A stretch of 64,000 nt of DNA, from assembly GCF_037042905.1 (NCBI RefSeq), contig NC_087251.1:48672001-48736000 (forward strand). The letters run 5' to 3'. The notes under the pieces are model-generated. The model saw only the letters and a program-made list of their open reading frames with translations. It ran no database searches and was not told where the DNA came from. The translations under genes were made by a program, and so were the position numbers. Below, piece after piece: positions 1 to 12,093 of this stretch. Source of the stretch: Lytechinus pictus. Lineage: Eukaryota. Position 1 is the stretch's first letter. Each line of letters begins with the position of its first letter.

Positions 1-975
1 TTTGCTATCAATTACCATTGTGTTCGTTCTGTTGCTTATTCTATGATTTGCTCTATTTGTTTTGTTTAGCAAATAAAAACTGAAGAAGGCCAGGGCCGAA
101 AGCTTTGCAACATAGGGTGTATACTCTACTTCATTCCAAAAAGCATTCCATATAAACCCTAAATAATTTTTAGTTGACTACACAATTTCCCCTTTCATGG
201 AGTTCTTTATTTTTTCAAAAATATAAAATTACAACACAATTTAATCCTAGAAAAAAAATATATATAAAATCAGTAAGCCACAGTCATGTTTGGTATAATA
301 TTTCCAACTTTAAAAAGAAAAATCATTTTTCCGAGATTGATGTCGTATACACATTTCCATGCAATATACATGTAGGCCTATAACAAAAATACTCTTTTCC
401 GTCTTCTTTGTGATCACCAAAATATAATTAAAAGCATTATTGTTGCAGCCTAGAAATTATTTTTGTTCTGAGGTGTGTAAGTGCGATCTATTCATTTTTG
501 TGTATTTTGAAAAATCAAAAACCCCTTTCTTTAACCAAATTAGCAGTTACATAAGCAAATTGCATGAATAAAAATTTCATCAATTTCAATAGGAAAAGTC
601 CATTAGATATGGCAACATTTTGATACATTTAACAATTTGTCGTTAACATTCAACTAAGTTTTTATTCCAAAAGGAGCTAAATCCATGACAAATATAATTT
701 AAAAAAATTCTTAGAAATTGATACTGATTGCTAGATTAAAAAAAAGAATAACATGATTTGATTAATCTAAAATGATAGCACTATCATACCTATCAAAATA
801 AAACAAGGGAAAGTGGTGAATTAAAAACCTTGATTTACAGAGAAACTAAAAAAGTGGATTTAGCTCCTTTCGGAATAAAACTCTTCATTTATTAATGCAT
901 CATTTACTCATATCTTCATCGGTGTATAGATTCTATAAAAATGTCTCCGTTGCTAATCATCATATTGTATTTCTT

Positions 976-1023
<48 letters not shown>

Positions 1024-1133
1024 CTTTATTTCATAATCTAATAGAGAAGGTACAATAAACCCAGGTCCTCTACCAGTGATGATGGAACAAACTCCCCTTC
1101 ACTGGCAATAGGCATGGTAATGATACATGTATA

Positions 1134-2121
1134 CAGTGCGTATCAAAAAAAAGTTTACACTTTGAAAAAGCCCTGGGAATTAAAAAATATACAACATGTG
1201 GGTAATTTTTTCACATATAATCTTGGGTTTGGGTCTCATCTATCCAATGAAAGTAAAAGTTTTGTCAGAATGTTACACTTGAGTGAGCACTGTCAATTTT
1301 TGTAAAGCTCGCAAAAATCTGTTTGCGCAGATATGCTCGTTTTCACGATGTGTTAAGGGGAAACGGCGAAATCAAACTTACCCTGCGAAACATTTCTCAT
1401 ACATTTCCCTTGCACTTTTAGTCAATTGAAATAAGACGGATACATTCAAGCATTTTGTAACAATTTTGCCACCCAAATCGAAATTTCAGAACTTAGTAAG
1501 CACAACCTTTATCCTTTTTGTGCCAGCTGGATCTGAGGACATAACTGAATCTGAACAAAAATTTAAATCAGACATCTCCAGCATTATTTCACTCAGTTTT
1601 TATAATTGAAAGTGGGTTTACATTTCATTTTTCATTTAATACTTGTTTCTCCACACTTTTCCCAAGCTTGGCAATGATTGACAAAATGAAAATCAAGCTT
1701 AAGCCATTCCATGTAAATCACAGCTCAGTGTAAAGCAAATATCGTCACGATGGCCTCGGTGTGTGGGGGAGAGGGGTGGGGTGAAATGCTCTCTTCGAAG
1801 TGTTTTGGGCAAGGAAACAAGTCAAAAAAGGTAAAAGATATCTTCAAATCAATTTTTAATAGCTAAATTCTACGTGTTCTTCATGATTAAGGTCTACTTT
1901 TATTCGCATAACTATTTCAAAGTTCTGCGCAAATCATTTTTCACTAACTTTTCAAAAGTAAGTGGTGCTCACTCAAGCGGAAATATTTTTCGACAGTTAT
2001 ATCGTCATTTGATTAAATGGACCTGTACCAATGTTAAAATGTGGAAAAGTGTTCAGGATATTACAAATGTATAATTTTACAGGATTTTTCCAAAGTGTAA
2101 ATTTTTTTTTGATACGCACTG
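1134..2121. mobile_element. Non-autonomous Tc1/mariner-type DNA transposon (~990 bp)
   Basis: TIR CAGTGCGTATCAAAAAAAA(G/A)TTTACACTTTG at both ends; TA flanks at 1132-1133 and 2122-2123; no transposase ORF. Confidence 0.85.
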
Positions 2122-3336
2122 TATAGTATTGATTGAACTGGTACAATTAATATGTTACAATGCATAAGACATACATATTACATAAGAAAGCAGAAAATTA
2201 ATATACACTTGACTAAATGGAATGAAGTACAGTAAGCGGAAAGAGACAAGCATGTTAAATGAAAAAGAAAGGTGACTGTATCAATGAAAGAGAGATGGAG
2301 AGAGGGATCAGATAGTAGGAAAATACAAAATAAAGAGAAACCATCACTTTGTGATGAAGATATATGTATTCATAATACAAGTACGCGTCGCCACTTTTTA
2401 TACATTAGCATACATAATGATGATAAATAAATTATCCTTATATATATTCTGTAAAAAAAAATAATTTATGATTATTTCGGAAGACGACAGTGCGATCAAA
2501 CTAGAATATCTACATATTTTTTGCATAAAAAAACCTTCTCAAGCATGCATGGATTGGGTGGAAAATGTCCGTAGCCTTCTAATATCCAAATACTAAATAT
2601 GTAGAGTAAGTTCTCAAACGGCTACTTTGAATAAAATTAAAACCGTAACCGAGAGAGGGGCCTAGAATTTAAATTTAAATCCTACCTGCCAGAAAAATAC
2701 CCAGTTTAAACTCTAATCGGTAAAAATGTATTCGATTGTCACTACGCTTTTGTAATATGTTTACTTGCCCTTTGCCAAAGCTAATTACAGGCTTTAAACC
2801 TGGAACAAATTGTTTTCAATCAATTTTTTTTTTCAATTTATATTTATCCAAACTATTAAATGCATTTATTTATTCAATCCCATTTGGTATAAAAAAAGAA
2901 AAACAGACAAATTATAACAATATTTAGAGATACAATACAACAAACCATGATAGAATGTAGAAATGGTTTGAGAGCCCCAAATGCGAGAGCATGCAGCACG
3001 GATGGATCCAGGTTTTTAAACAGAGGGGGCGTAATAGCAAATCTGAAATTTTTTTGGGGCGCAGATTACAATATTCTAAGATTTGGTAAAGATTTGGTGC
3101 CCCCGCTTAGATCCGCTGCTTGCACCCTGGTATTGCTCCAGATAATTAAAGACAAGAATTGACCAATGAATTCAAATAAATAGAAGATGAATTATTAGAT
3201 ATATTATTTCAGTTTCAAGTAAATTTGGGATTGCATTCTCCGTTCAAGATGATTTTTATTATGATTGTTTCCGTCCATTCCTTTTTTTTTTTTGGGAGGG
3301 GAAAGGGGGATGGATGCGATTACGAGAATAAACCAT

Positions 3337-3604
3337 TCATGTCTTTGGTGAGGTGCAGTTATTTACCATTCGAATTACCCCTCTCCTCTCCAAGTCAATG
3401 AGAAACTTGTATTCTTCTGGCATCTTGTGGCAATTCGAGGTGTAATTGATTTTGACTTTTGGTTCGTAGTAATGATGGAGTATTGTCCGATTGTAAGGAT
3501 CCTTGTGGAATGGGTAGAAACCATATAAAGTGATGTCTTCACATAGCTGGGTTGCGGCCGTGTACGCACCTATCCCAGAAGACGGATGAACTAGATGCCA
3601 CAAT
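3337..3604 (-). CDS. ST8SIA: Alpha-2,8-sialyltransferase-like (GT29) gene, last exon
   Basis: Sialylmotif S (PSSGIGAYTAATQLCEDITLYGFYPF), motif III (HHYY), VS (HKMPEE), C-terminal Cys (NNCTSPKT*); acceptor CAG at 3605-3607, phase 2, matches the upstream donor. Confidence 0.92.
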
Positions 3605-4152
3605 CTGTTGGAAACAGAGACAATTATATCAATTAGACAGATGAAACACACGAATGTTCCGACCGCAATCAAATATTCTCGGATCGCAATTCTTTAGTGT
3701 TCATTATAAATAGAGGTTTCAATGTTATTGTTTTACCCCTCCCATCAACTTGAAAATATATTGATTACTAGTGTCTGATGTTGTATTTCATTCACATATT
3801 TAAATTCTGTTTCATAACTTATATATCAAGTACTTACAGTTTGAAATTGAATGATGTGTTTTTTTTAGATGAAAAAGATAAAAGAATGTAATAAAATAAT
3901 GTATACATGTATTTCTAAAAGAAATTAACCAAAGATTGATTCGTTAAGAAGGGTGAACTATCTTTGAATTTTTACGTTGGAGTGTCATGTCTTAAATCAA
4001 AAGCTATGATCGGATCCTGCGATATACACCTTTTCAAACTACGTTTAATGAATTGTACATTTAGAGGCGAAAACAGTCTACATGTATCGACAGTTCGATA
4101 CGAACACGTTTTCTAATACGTAAACAAAATTCCCTCCACGTTTTCAATAATA

Positions 4153-4562
4153 GGTTTATTTCCAATTCGTATAATGCCAATTCGTTCAATTGCCAACTCG
4201 TCTACTATCATTTGGTCTACCATATCATATCGTCCACTCACCACATGGTCTACTTTCATTTAGTCTAATGCCATTCCGTCTAATAACCAGTTGGTCAAAT
4301 AGTCATTTAGTCCATATACCATTTGGTCTAATTGGACAAAGTTTTAAATTGTGCAAAATGAATAAAAATAAAATGGATATTAGACCAACTGGTTGTGAGA
4401 AGAAATGGTGATTAGACTAAGTGATGATTGGATCAAATTGTCAATGGACAAAATGGCTTTTAAACGAAATTTTGATGGACGGAATGGCATTAGACTAAAT
4501 GAAAGTAGACCATGTGGTCAGTGGACGAGTTGGCAGTATATAGACGAATTGACAATTTACCC
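4153..4562. mobile_element. MITE-like element with internal inverted short repeats
   Basis: Left arm 'tgccaactcgtctact/ggtctac/tagtctaatgcc' mirrored by right arm 'gcattagacta/gtagacc/gacgagttggca'; boundaries approximate. Confidence 0.6.
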
Positions 4563-4831
4563 TTCAGAGCAAAGGGGGTAGGATGTCTGGGTTTCCAAAG
4601 AAGGGTAAGTCTTTTCAAAGTGTTATGCAATGGGCCAGATCCATTGCTATGTCAGTGCATAGATTACATTATCTTATATCATCATAAATTATCATTAAGG
4701 AGGATGGAGGAAGGGAAATATTTGTTCGGCATTCTTCAAGTCCCTGGTTAGAAGTTACAAACCAAACTAGTCGATAAGTTGGGTATAGAAAGGAAAAAAA
4801 TATTCATGTATGTAATAGATGGCATTTTTAC

Positions 4832-5416
4832 CGTGCAGATACCGTGATGAGATTCTTGGGGTTGTAGGATACGCTAAAGTTGAAATGAAGTTGTTTCCTT
4901 AGAATTGGCAAAACGTTCAGCAACTCAGAAAAGTGTCCCCTGGTGGGCATCATCACGTGATCTCTTTTCAGCAATTTTAATCTGTCATAATAGGTTTTGC
5001 ATTTGGTAGACAGCTTAGAAAGGTATTCGGTAATGTTTATCTTCGCTGGCTTATTTTTGGCGACTTTTGGCTTGAAACATGATACCAGATCTTTGATTTG
5101 CAATCCATTGATCGTCATGAATGTAACCTTTGAACCAACATCCGAGGTATATTCCTGCCCAAATACAGCTAAGTTCATTCTGAAAACGACGTCGGCGTCG
5201 TCGATGACTTCCCCACAGCGGCTGTTGAGAAGGATACCAGAATTCCCGACAAGAGCACAAGACTTTACAGGGTGTTCGATCCAGTGAGTAAGATTCAATG
5301 TCCTCGATTTCCTTAGATCTTTGTATTTTTTCTTCATTGTCATGTCTCCAGGATCTACATCCGAACTGAATATTTGTATGGTCTCCCATGGTTTCATTCT
5401 CTTGTTAACCAAGTTT
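4832..5416 (-). CDS. ST8SIA: ST8Sia-like gene, catalytic exon with sialylmotif L
   Basis: CALVGNSGILLNSRCGEVIDDADVVFRMNLAVFGQEYTSDVGSKVTFMTIN; acceptor AG 5417-5418, donor GT 4830-4831, phases 2/2. Confidence 0.93.
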
Positions 5417-5734
5417 CTGTTTAAAACAAAATAAATCAGAAAATTGTCTATACTAATATTTATCGCTAGATGTATATATTAAGAATAAAACAATGTCTAA
5501 CATATATAAGCGAGTGTTTGGTAATTGTAATAAATAACTGATATTTTACATTTCTGTAATCTTGTCAACTGGCCTTACAAATTAATGTATGATATAGAGC
5601 TTTATATTTCTATCCTAATCTAATCTATCAAGTTCTGATTTGGGAAAATCAGCCTTTAATCATTTAAACTCTATCCTTTGTCGCCATTTTTTTTCACAAC
5701 CGTTCTAAGGTAATTTTACGTGTTACCCCCCAAA

Positions 5735-5960
5735 ATAATAATAATAATAATAATAATAAAGGTATATTTACCCAGGGTAGCCACTTCAGTTCCGAAAACT
5801 GTTCTCCCAGCGGGCCCTGCTATTATTACCCGGCTAAGCTAGGCTACCTGTTGGGTGCACACAGCTTTTTGAGGAATTACTTCCTGCCGGTACCCATTTA
5901 CCTCACCTGGGTCGAGTGCAGCACACTGTGGATGAATTCCTTGCTGAAGGAAATTGTCGC
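5735..5960 (-). mobile_element. SINE, 5'-truncated (core plus LINE-like tail plus (ATT)n)
   Basis: Core 'ccacagtgtgctgcactcgacccaggtgaggtaaatgggtaccggcagga' shared with 60990-61065; (TAA)n at 5735-5760. Confidence 0.75.
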
Positions 5961-6361
5961 GGTGCGGCAATTTTGATGGCGCTGGTTTTCTTAACTTGCT
6001 TTGACGAATTGTGTCGAGTTGCAACATACAATTTAATGCCCAATTTTTCATGGCATACAATTAAGGCACAATGCAGCGCTAGGGGAGAAAAATTTGCGAT
6101 GATTTGACAGCGACACTATCTAGGGGGAAAAACGGCCCGTTACAAGTGCTCATATTGCTCCCTTACAGCATCTGACTGATGCCAGCCAGGGTCATACGCT
6201 GAAATCATGTCACTTCCAAATATTTAGGTCATAGGATTATTTGATTATTAAAAAAAAAAAAATTCTCACCTCGAAATGTGACAAGCGCCCCTTTCCCCGT
6301 CCTTAGATATGCCACGCGTCTATGACCGGCCGTGAATCGGTCTTGGTTAAATCTATAAGTC

Positions 6362-7150
6362 ATGTACATGTATAATTTCACACATTTGTATACTTTCTCC
6401 CATACTTGTACTGTATCAAAGCAATAGCTTTGATCCAGCTGAGGCATGGCGGCTTGTCATTGTTCAAAACCCACCTACACCCGACAAAAGAAATTATAAT
6501 TGGTATAGTGTCGAAAATCTGTTTATCTGACGGTCAGTCGGATAGGGGTCGCCCTGGCCACTAACCCGTCTCTGTGGTCTAGTGGTTAAAGCACCGGCGT
6601 TCAAAGGTTGGGGCCCGGGTTCGATTCCCGGCAGGTCATTTTTTCGGCATTGCCAATTTTTCCAAAGGGCAGATAGCTCTGGGAACCTTGATTTAAGCTA
6701 CGCTTACCATTGTTCTCTTCATCCATTTCTTTCACAAAATATTTAAATAAAAGAGTTGCCAAAGCTGTTGTACATGTATAATTTCACACATTTGTATACT
6801 TTCTCTCATACTTGTACTGTATCAAAGCAATAGCTTTGATCCAGCTGAGGCATGACGGCTTGTCATTGTTCAAAACCCACCTACACCCGACAAAGGAAAT
6901 TATAATTGTTATAGTGTCGAAAATCTGTCTATCTGACGGTCAGTCGGATCGGGGTCGCCCTAGCCACTCACCCGTCTCTATTGGTCTAGTAGTTAAGGCA
7001 CCGGCATTCAAAGCTGGGGGCCCGGGTTCGATTCCCGGCAGAGACATTTTGTCGGCATTGCCAATTTTTCCAAAGGGCAGATAGCTCTGGGGAACCTTGA
7101 TTTAAGCTACGCCTACCATTGTTCTCTTCATCCATTTCTTTCACAAAATA
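6362..7150 (+). repeat. Two head-to-tail ~406-bp units of a tRNA-containing repeat
   Basis: 'tgtacatgtataatttcacacatt' recurs at ~6363 and ~6769; each unit has a tRNA-like module (6568-6638, 6974-7046); homologous to the 37531-42345 copies. Confidence 0.9.
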
Positions 7151-7440
7151 TACATATTATATATGCCTCTATAATTTCAGTTTTTTGCTTCATACTTACT
7201 GTACATCAATGACAGATGATATGTTAAGCGTCCAGCTCTGTAACCCTTTATCAACAAGAGTCGTATGGGTGGTTTGCATGGCTAAGTCAATCGGGCAGAA
7301 TCCAAAATAGAAAACAAAGAATAAGACTTATTAAATTATAAGAATGTTATTCCAAGGTCTCGTCATTGAAATATGAGATTTAGGTTTTATGAGATCTAAT
7401 TATACTCGATATATTAATAGGCCTTACTTTAAGGCAAAGT

Positions 7441-9013
7441 CTGATTGATTGATTGATTTTATTCGTCAAGAATATCACAGGAGACTACAATGAAATTGAA
7501 GAATACCTTGACAGGATAGCCCATGAAAGCCGAAAGGCTTATTTCCAATGGGGTCCTATAGTTAGTATAAAACATTAACAAATTGTAACAAAAAGTATAA
7601 ACTACGACAAGTACTGGAATATGGTAAAAAAATAAAATACATACATACATATCCATCAGTCAAATAATTTGCAAACATCTGAAGCAAACGATAATCTTCC
7701 TAATATATGAAACAAGATTATATTTTAACATATTTTAACCCTACATTATCTACAATACTAGAAAACAAATGTACAAAATGTGTGATTTTTACTGGTAATA
7801 CTGTTCTCGAGTAGCTTCCAGTTTTAGGTGCTTCTTTAATGCACTCTTAAATTGAGAAAAAAAATTAACAGCTTTTACTTGATTAGGAAGAGCATTCCAA
7901 GATTGGATGCCATTAAAATAAAAAGTGTTCCCTATATGTCCTTCAGGTTTTGGTAATACAAAATTAAAATGACTATTTCGAGTATCGTACCTATGGATAT
8001 TTGATACACGGGTGAAATTATTTACTATATAATGATCTAATGTATCCGAATATAATATTTTATGCACGTGGTGTAATACTAATTGTTGTGACCTGTGATC
8101 TACATGAAGTAATATTGCCTTTTCAAGTTCATTACATCCGACATGTGCTCTTGGTCCTAAAACATTTATGTATCTGACAATTTTATTTTGAATTATTCTT
8201 AGCTTTTTCTTATCCGTAACACCCAGACTACCGTACCAAGCCGCATTAGCATAGTCGAATAGACATTGTATTAAAGCAAAGCATAAAATACGTCTAGACT
8301 TCATATTCAAACAGGTTTGATATCTATACAAAAATTTTGAGCGTGAATTTGGCTTTTTGGCGATTGAGTCTACCAAACCCGTCCATGATAGGTTACTTGT
8401 TAAATTAATTCCCAAATATTTTACTGAATCTTTTCTGTCAATTACCTGATTACTATATGAAACCTTGAAATCGTGTGTATATCTTAACTCTCGTTTCGAA
8501 CAAAATAAAATGCTTTCCGTTTTCCCAACGTGTAAACTAAGCTTGTTGTTAGACATCCATTCGATGCAATTTGCCAAATCTGCACTAAGTTTTTTATCAA
8601 TTATCTTGGGATTTGTATCTGAATATAGCAAGACACTATCGTCAGCATATAAATTAATTTAGATTCGTTAATACAAGTACACATATCATTGATGTAAGAC
8701 TTAAAAAGAATGGGGCCTAAAATGCTTCCTTGAGGGACTCCGCATTTAATAGGCAGTGAATCAGAAAGAACCGTCTGCATGGTAACTACTTGATGACGGT
8801 TAGATAAATATGATCTAAACCATGTCACACAAGCAGAGTCTAAACCCATCACTTCTAATTTCTTTAAAAGTATGTTATGATTTACAGTATCAAAGGCTTT
8901 TTGTAAGTCTAGGAGAACCATTCCAACCATGCGCCCATGTGAAATTCCGTTCCTGATAAGACATAAAAAGAATGGGGCCTAAAATGCTTCCTTGAGGGAC
9001 TCTGCATTTAATA
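7441..9013 (-). mobile_element. 5'-truncated CR1/L2-group LINE (RT C-terminal half, 3' UTR, (ATCA)n tail)
   Basis: LDLQKAFDTVNH, GVPQGSILGP, YADD (frameshift ~8650), KYLG, HRYDTR...WNALP; AATAAA then (AATC)n at 7441-7463 on minus. Confidence 0.9.
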
Positions 9014-9058
9014 AAGTTATAGATTGTTTGGCATGTGGGCATATATGCCTAAACATAC

Positions 9059-9187
9059 TTCCAATCCGCAGGCAACATATAGACCTCAGGAAACGCTTCT
9101 GTAGGATGGGTCATGGAAGTAATTTTCCTCGACCCAAAGGTCTTAATTGTACCTCGTGAAGAAAAGGGTCCTTCATGTACATATCCT
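9059..9187 (-). CDS. Candidate ST8Sia-like stem exon (GYVHEGPF...LPADWK)
   Basis: ttttcagcag acceptor, AA|gtatgt donor; open frame; phase-2 end fits the acceptor at 5416. No homology evidence. Confidence 0.4.
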
Positions 9188-9570
9188 CTGCTGAAAATAC
9201 TCAAGAAACTATGTCAATGGTACCGGTTCGGCCTACGACCCATGCTCGAAAGAACACAGTGTGATCACAGTGTGTTCACATAGTAGACTGTGAGAAAATA
9301 TAATTCTTACTGTTAAAATTCTCAAATTCAAAAGTGTGGAGGTATATTCACAATGTGGATACCTCTATAGTGTGACAGTTCACAGCGTGTTCACATGGAC
9401 GACTATGTGAATATGTGATTCACACTGTTGAAATTTTCAAATTTAACCGTATACAGATGATCTCACATTGTGTTCCAGACTATGCAGACTGTGGCATACA
9501 ATGTGGAACACTCCGTTCTTTCCTGTAGGGACGAATTATTCATTCAGTAATTGAATTCAAGATGGGGACC

Positions 9571-9754
9571 GGGTGGGTGTTTCATAAAGCTGTTCGTAAG
9601 TTAAGATCGACTTTAAGAGCGACTGTTGAATCTTTCTTATGCGCTAAATAATCACCAATGAACCTAATGATGAACCTCATTTACCACAAGGAAGGATCAC
9701 TAGTCGTTCTTAAAGTTGCTCTTGACTTACAAACATCTTTATGAAACGGCCCCC
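9571..9754. mobile_element. Short palindromic MITE (GGG..GTTTCATAAAG TIR family)
   Basis: 'gtttcataaagctgttcgtaagttaaga' vs 'tcttgacttacaaacatctttatgaaacggcccc'; similar element at ~36720-36865. Confidence 0.7.
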
Positions 9755-9877
9755 AGAATGTATTCAAGGTTTAACAATTTTTAATTCATCAGAACCTCAA
9801 TCCACTCCAAAATCGTTAGATTTGTATGGAGGGATCCCTCAAACAGCCATTCATGCTGGAGGACTAACAATACAAAC

Positions 9878-9971
9878 CGTTGTATCAAACCGTAATCAAC
9901 CACTGTTTTAAATGGTCTAATGTACATGCTTCCTATTATGTCCCACGTAGTAACGTTATGTCGGAACCGTC
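9878..9971 (-). CDS. Candidate ST8Sia-like stem exon (GRFRHNVTTW...GLIQR)
   Basis: Phase 1-to-2 exon that would complete a 5-exon, 1218-nt (405 aa) model; acceptor is weak. Confidence 0.25.
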
Positions 9972-10261
9972 CTTTCAAGATTAGATTTAAGATTTATTAA
10001 AAACTAATGAATTGGCACATGTTTGACAAAACGGAGAGGCAAAAAAGTTATTGCGACCTCCTAGGCTAGGCACACCACAATACTGACGTTACAAAACGGG
10101 TAAGTTCCAAAATCACCATGGGACGTCGTCTTTCGGTTATTTAGTTCTGTAGACTGTAATCACACCTAAGGACTGTTTCATGAAAGGAGATGTCAAGTGT
10201 TTTCTCTCACAAAGTCCATTTTACCGACAGTTCTCATATGGCCTTTCACACGTGAATCTTG

Positions 10262-10580
10262 AATCATCATTGTAATGATGATTGCTATTGTAATCGTGAC
10301 TGTGATTCGCGTTCTTAATTCTAATCATGTGCTAGTTGGTTTCACACGTGCTAAATATTCGTCATTAGCCTTATTTTTCACTGGAATCATCATTCAAATT
10401 ACGATTTTTACCGTGTTGAAAGGGCGGTTAGTGATGATGATTGCTATTGTAATCGTGACTGTGATTAGCGTTCGTGATTCTAATCAAGTTCTAGTTTGGT
10501 TTCACACGTGCTTAATATTCGTCATTAGCCTTATTTTTCACTGGAAAGTTCATTCAAATTACGATTTCTTTACCGTGTGA
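10262..10580. repeat. Tandem duplication of a ~160-bp unit
   Basis: 'tgatgattgctattgtaatcgtgactgtgatt...cattcaaattacgattt' at ~10276 and ~10435. Confidence 0.85.
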
Positions 10581-11109
10581 AAGACGGGAAGTTACCTAGG
10601 GAAACCTGTGCCTTTAACATGTTTAAGCCAATCAAAACCAATGAATATTGTCATATCTGACAAGTTATCAAGTAAGATTTGTTTTCTTCAAATTTTGGTT
10701 TGGTTGTTACATGCATAAATGATTATCGGCCTACCAGGTAAAATGTTCTCATACGACTTTCCACAAGAGGTGTTCTCTTGTATTCTCCCGTTGACTGAGG
10801 AACATGTGTGTACCACAAGGTTGATATCTCCTCGTTGTTATTCTGCACCAAACATGAATACCAGGTGCACGATAACAGCAATGTAAATAGGATTGCTTGA
10901 TGGCCCGTTCTTTAAAAACACTGAGCTCAACGATTCCATTTGCTATGAACGGAATCATAGCACCATAGCATCACATTCATCATCATTTTCATCATCATTA
11001 TCATAATCATCATCATTATCGTCGTCGTCAATATCTTTATCGTTATAAATAATAATAATGACAATAACAATTACTATAATTATCATGTAATGCCCCATTT
11101 CTTAATCAT

Positions 11110-11183
11110 AAGTAGTATACTACTACTACTACTACTACTTTTCATAATTAAACTACGTAGTAGTAGTAGTAGAAGAAGACGTA

Positions 11184-11214
<31 letters not shown>

Positions 11215-11257
11215 AAGTAGTATTGTAATAGTATCAGTAGTAGTAGTTGTAGTAGTA

Positions 11258-11322
<65 letters not shown>

Positions 11323-11372
11323 TAGTAGTAGTAGTAGTAGTAGTAGAGTGGTAGTGGAGGTGGTAGTCATAG
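11110..11372. repeat. (AGT/ACT)n microsatellite
   Basis: Long agtagtagt run. Confidence 0.95.
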
Positions 11373-11663
11373 TTACAGATACTGATTTGAATGTGCATTG
11401 TTACAAGGACTCACTGCAAAATGGCAATATCGTGTAGCCCTTACACACTCTCGGATTTTTTTTGTTTACCACACCTATATGTTCGTTAAAATATGAACCT
11501 ACCAACTCTTGTAAAAAACAAATTTGCATTCAAAATGAATTGGGATTTTTTTTCTAACCAACGGTTGGTCGGTTCATATTAAAGCAATCTTTGGGTTGGT
11601 TAAAAAAAAATATGAGAGTGTATGGTCCATCAAAGATAAAAACAAATATGCAAAGCTTCGTAC

Positions 11664-11805
11664 CGTGCCGTTGTCCACCGAATAAAATGCCCGACGTGAA
11701 GTTGTAAAAAGTGACGAAAACAACCGTCCATGTTGTAAAAATTGTTACAAGAAGTAGAAATAATTTTTTCGTTGACATCATTCTCTCTGTGGTACTTTCC
11801 TGCAT
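11664..11805 (-). CDS. ST8SIA: ST8Sia-like gene, first coding exon (cytoplasmic tail plus type II TM anchor)
   Basis: MQESTTERMMSTKKLFLLLVTIFTTWTVVFVTFYNF: basic residues then a hydrophobic span, typical of Golgi glycosyltransferases; donor G|gtacga at 11663; alternative ATGs at 11781 and 11778. Confidence 0.7.
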
Positions 11806-12093
11806 TTTCCTACTAGTTTCAGCTGTAGTCCTGAAAGTGATTTCTGCATACCACACTGGTATGGTTAGTATGTATTTGCATACCAATATTTCTATAGAAG
11901 TAAGGTGTGTACATAGCTTACGTGTCAAGCAAACTTGAGTATTCAATATTTGCATTTCGATATTCCACGAGACGAAAGGAAGAGAGACCCCACAAACAGC
12001 ATTCGCTTTAACCCTAAAAATACTGGGCTATATTGAAGCCCAAGAAGACGGGGGAGGGCTGATTCAGCCCCCCCCCCCAACCCCACTCCCCTT

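Noticed and set aside
10755..10843. Possible ST8Sia exon with AG/GT boundaries
   Set aside because: In the phase required by exon 1 it gives an immediate stop (G|AA TAA); not excluded without RNA data.
11083..11370. Poly-Y/L/T ORF (also ORFs at 13143-13735, 56384-56912, 58003-58380)
   Set aside because: Translations of microsatellites or low-complexity MITE interiors.
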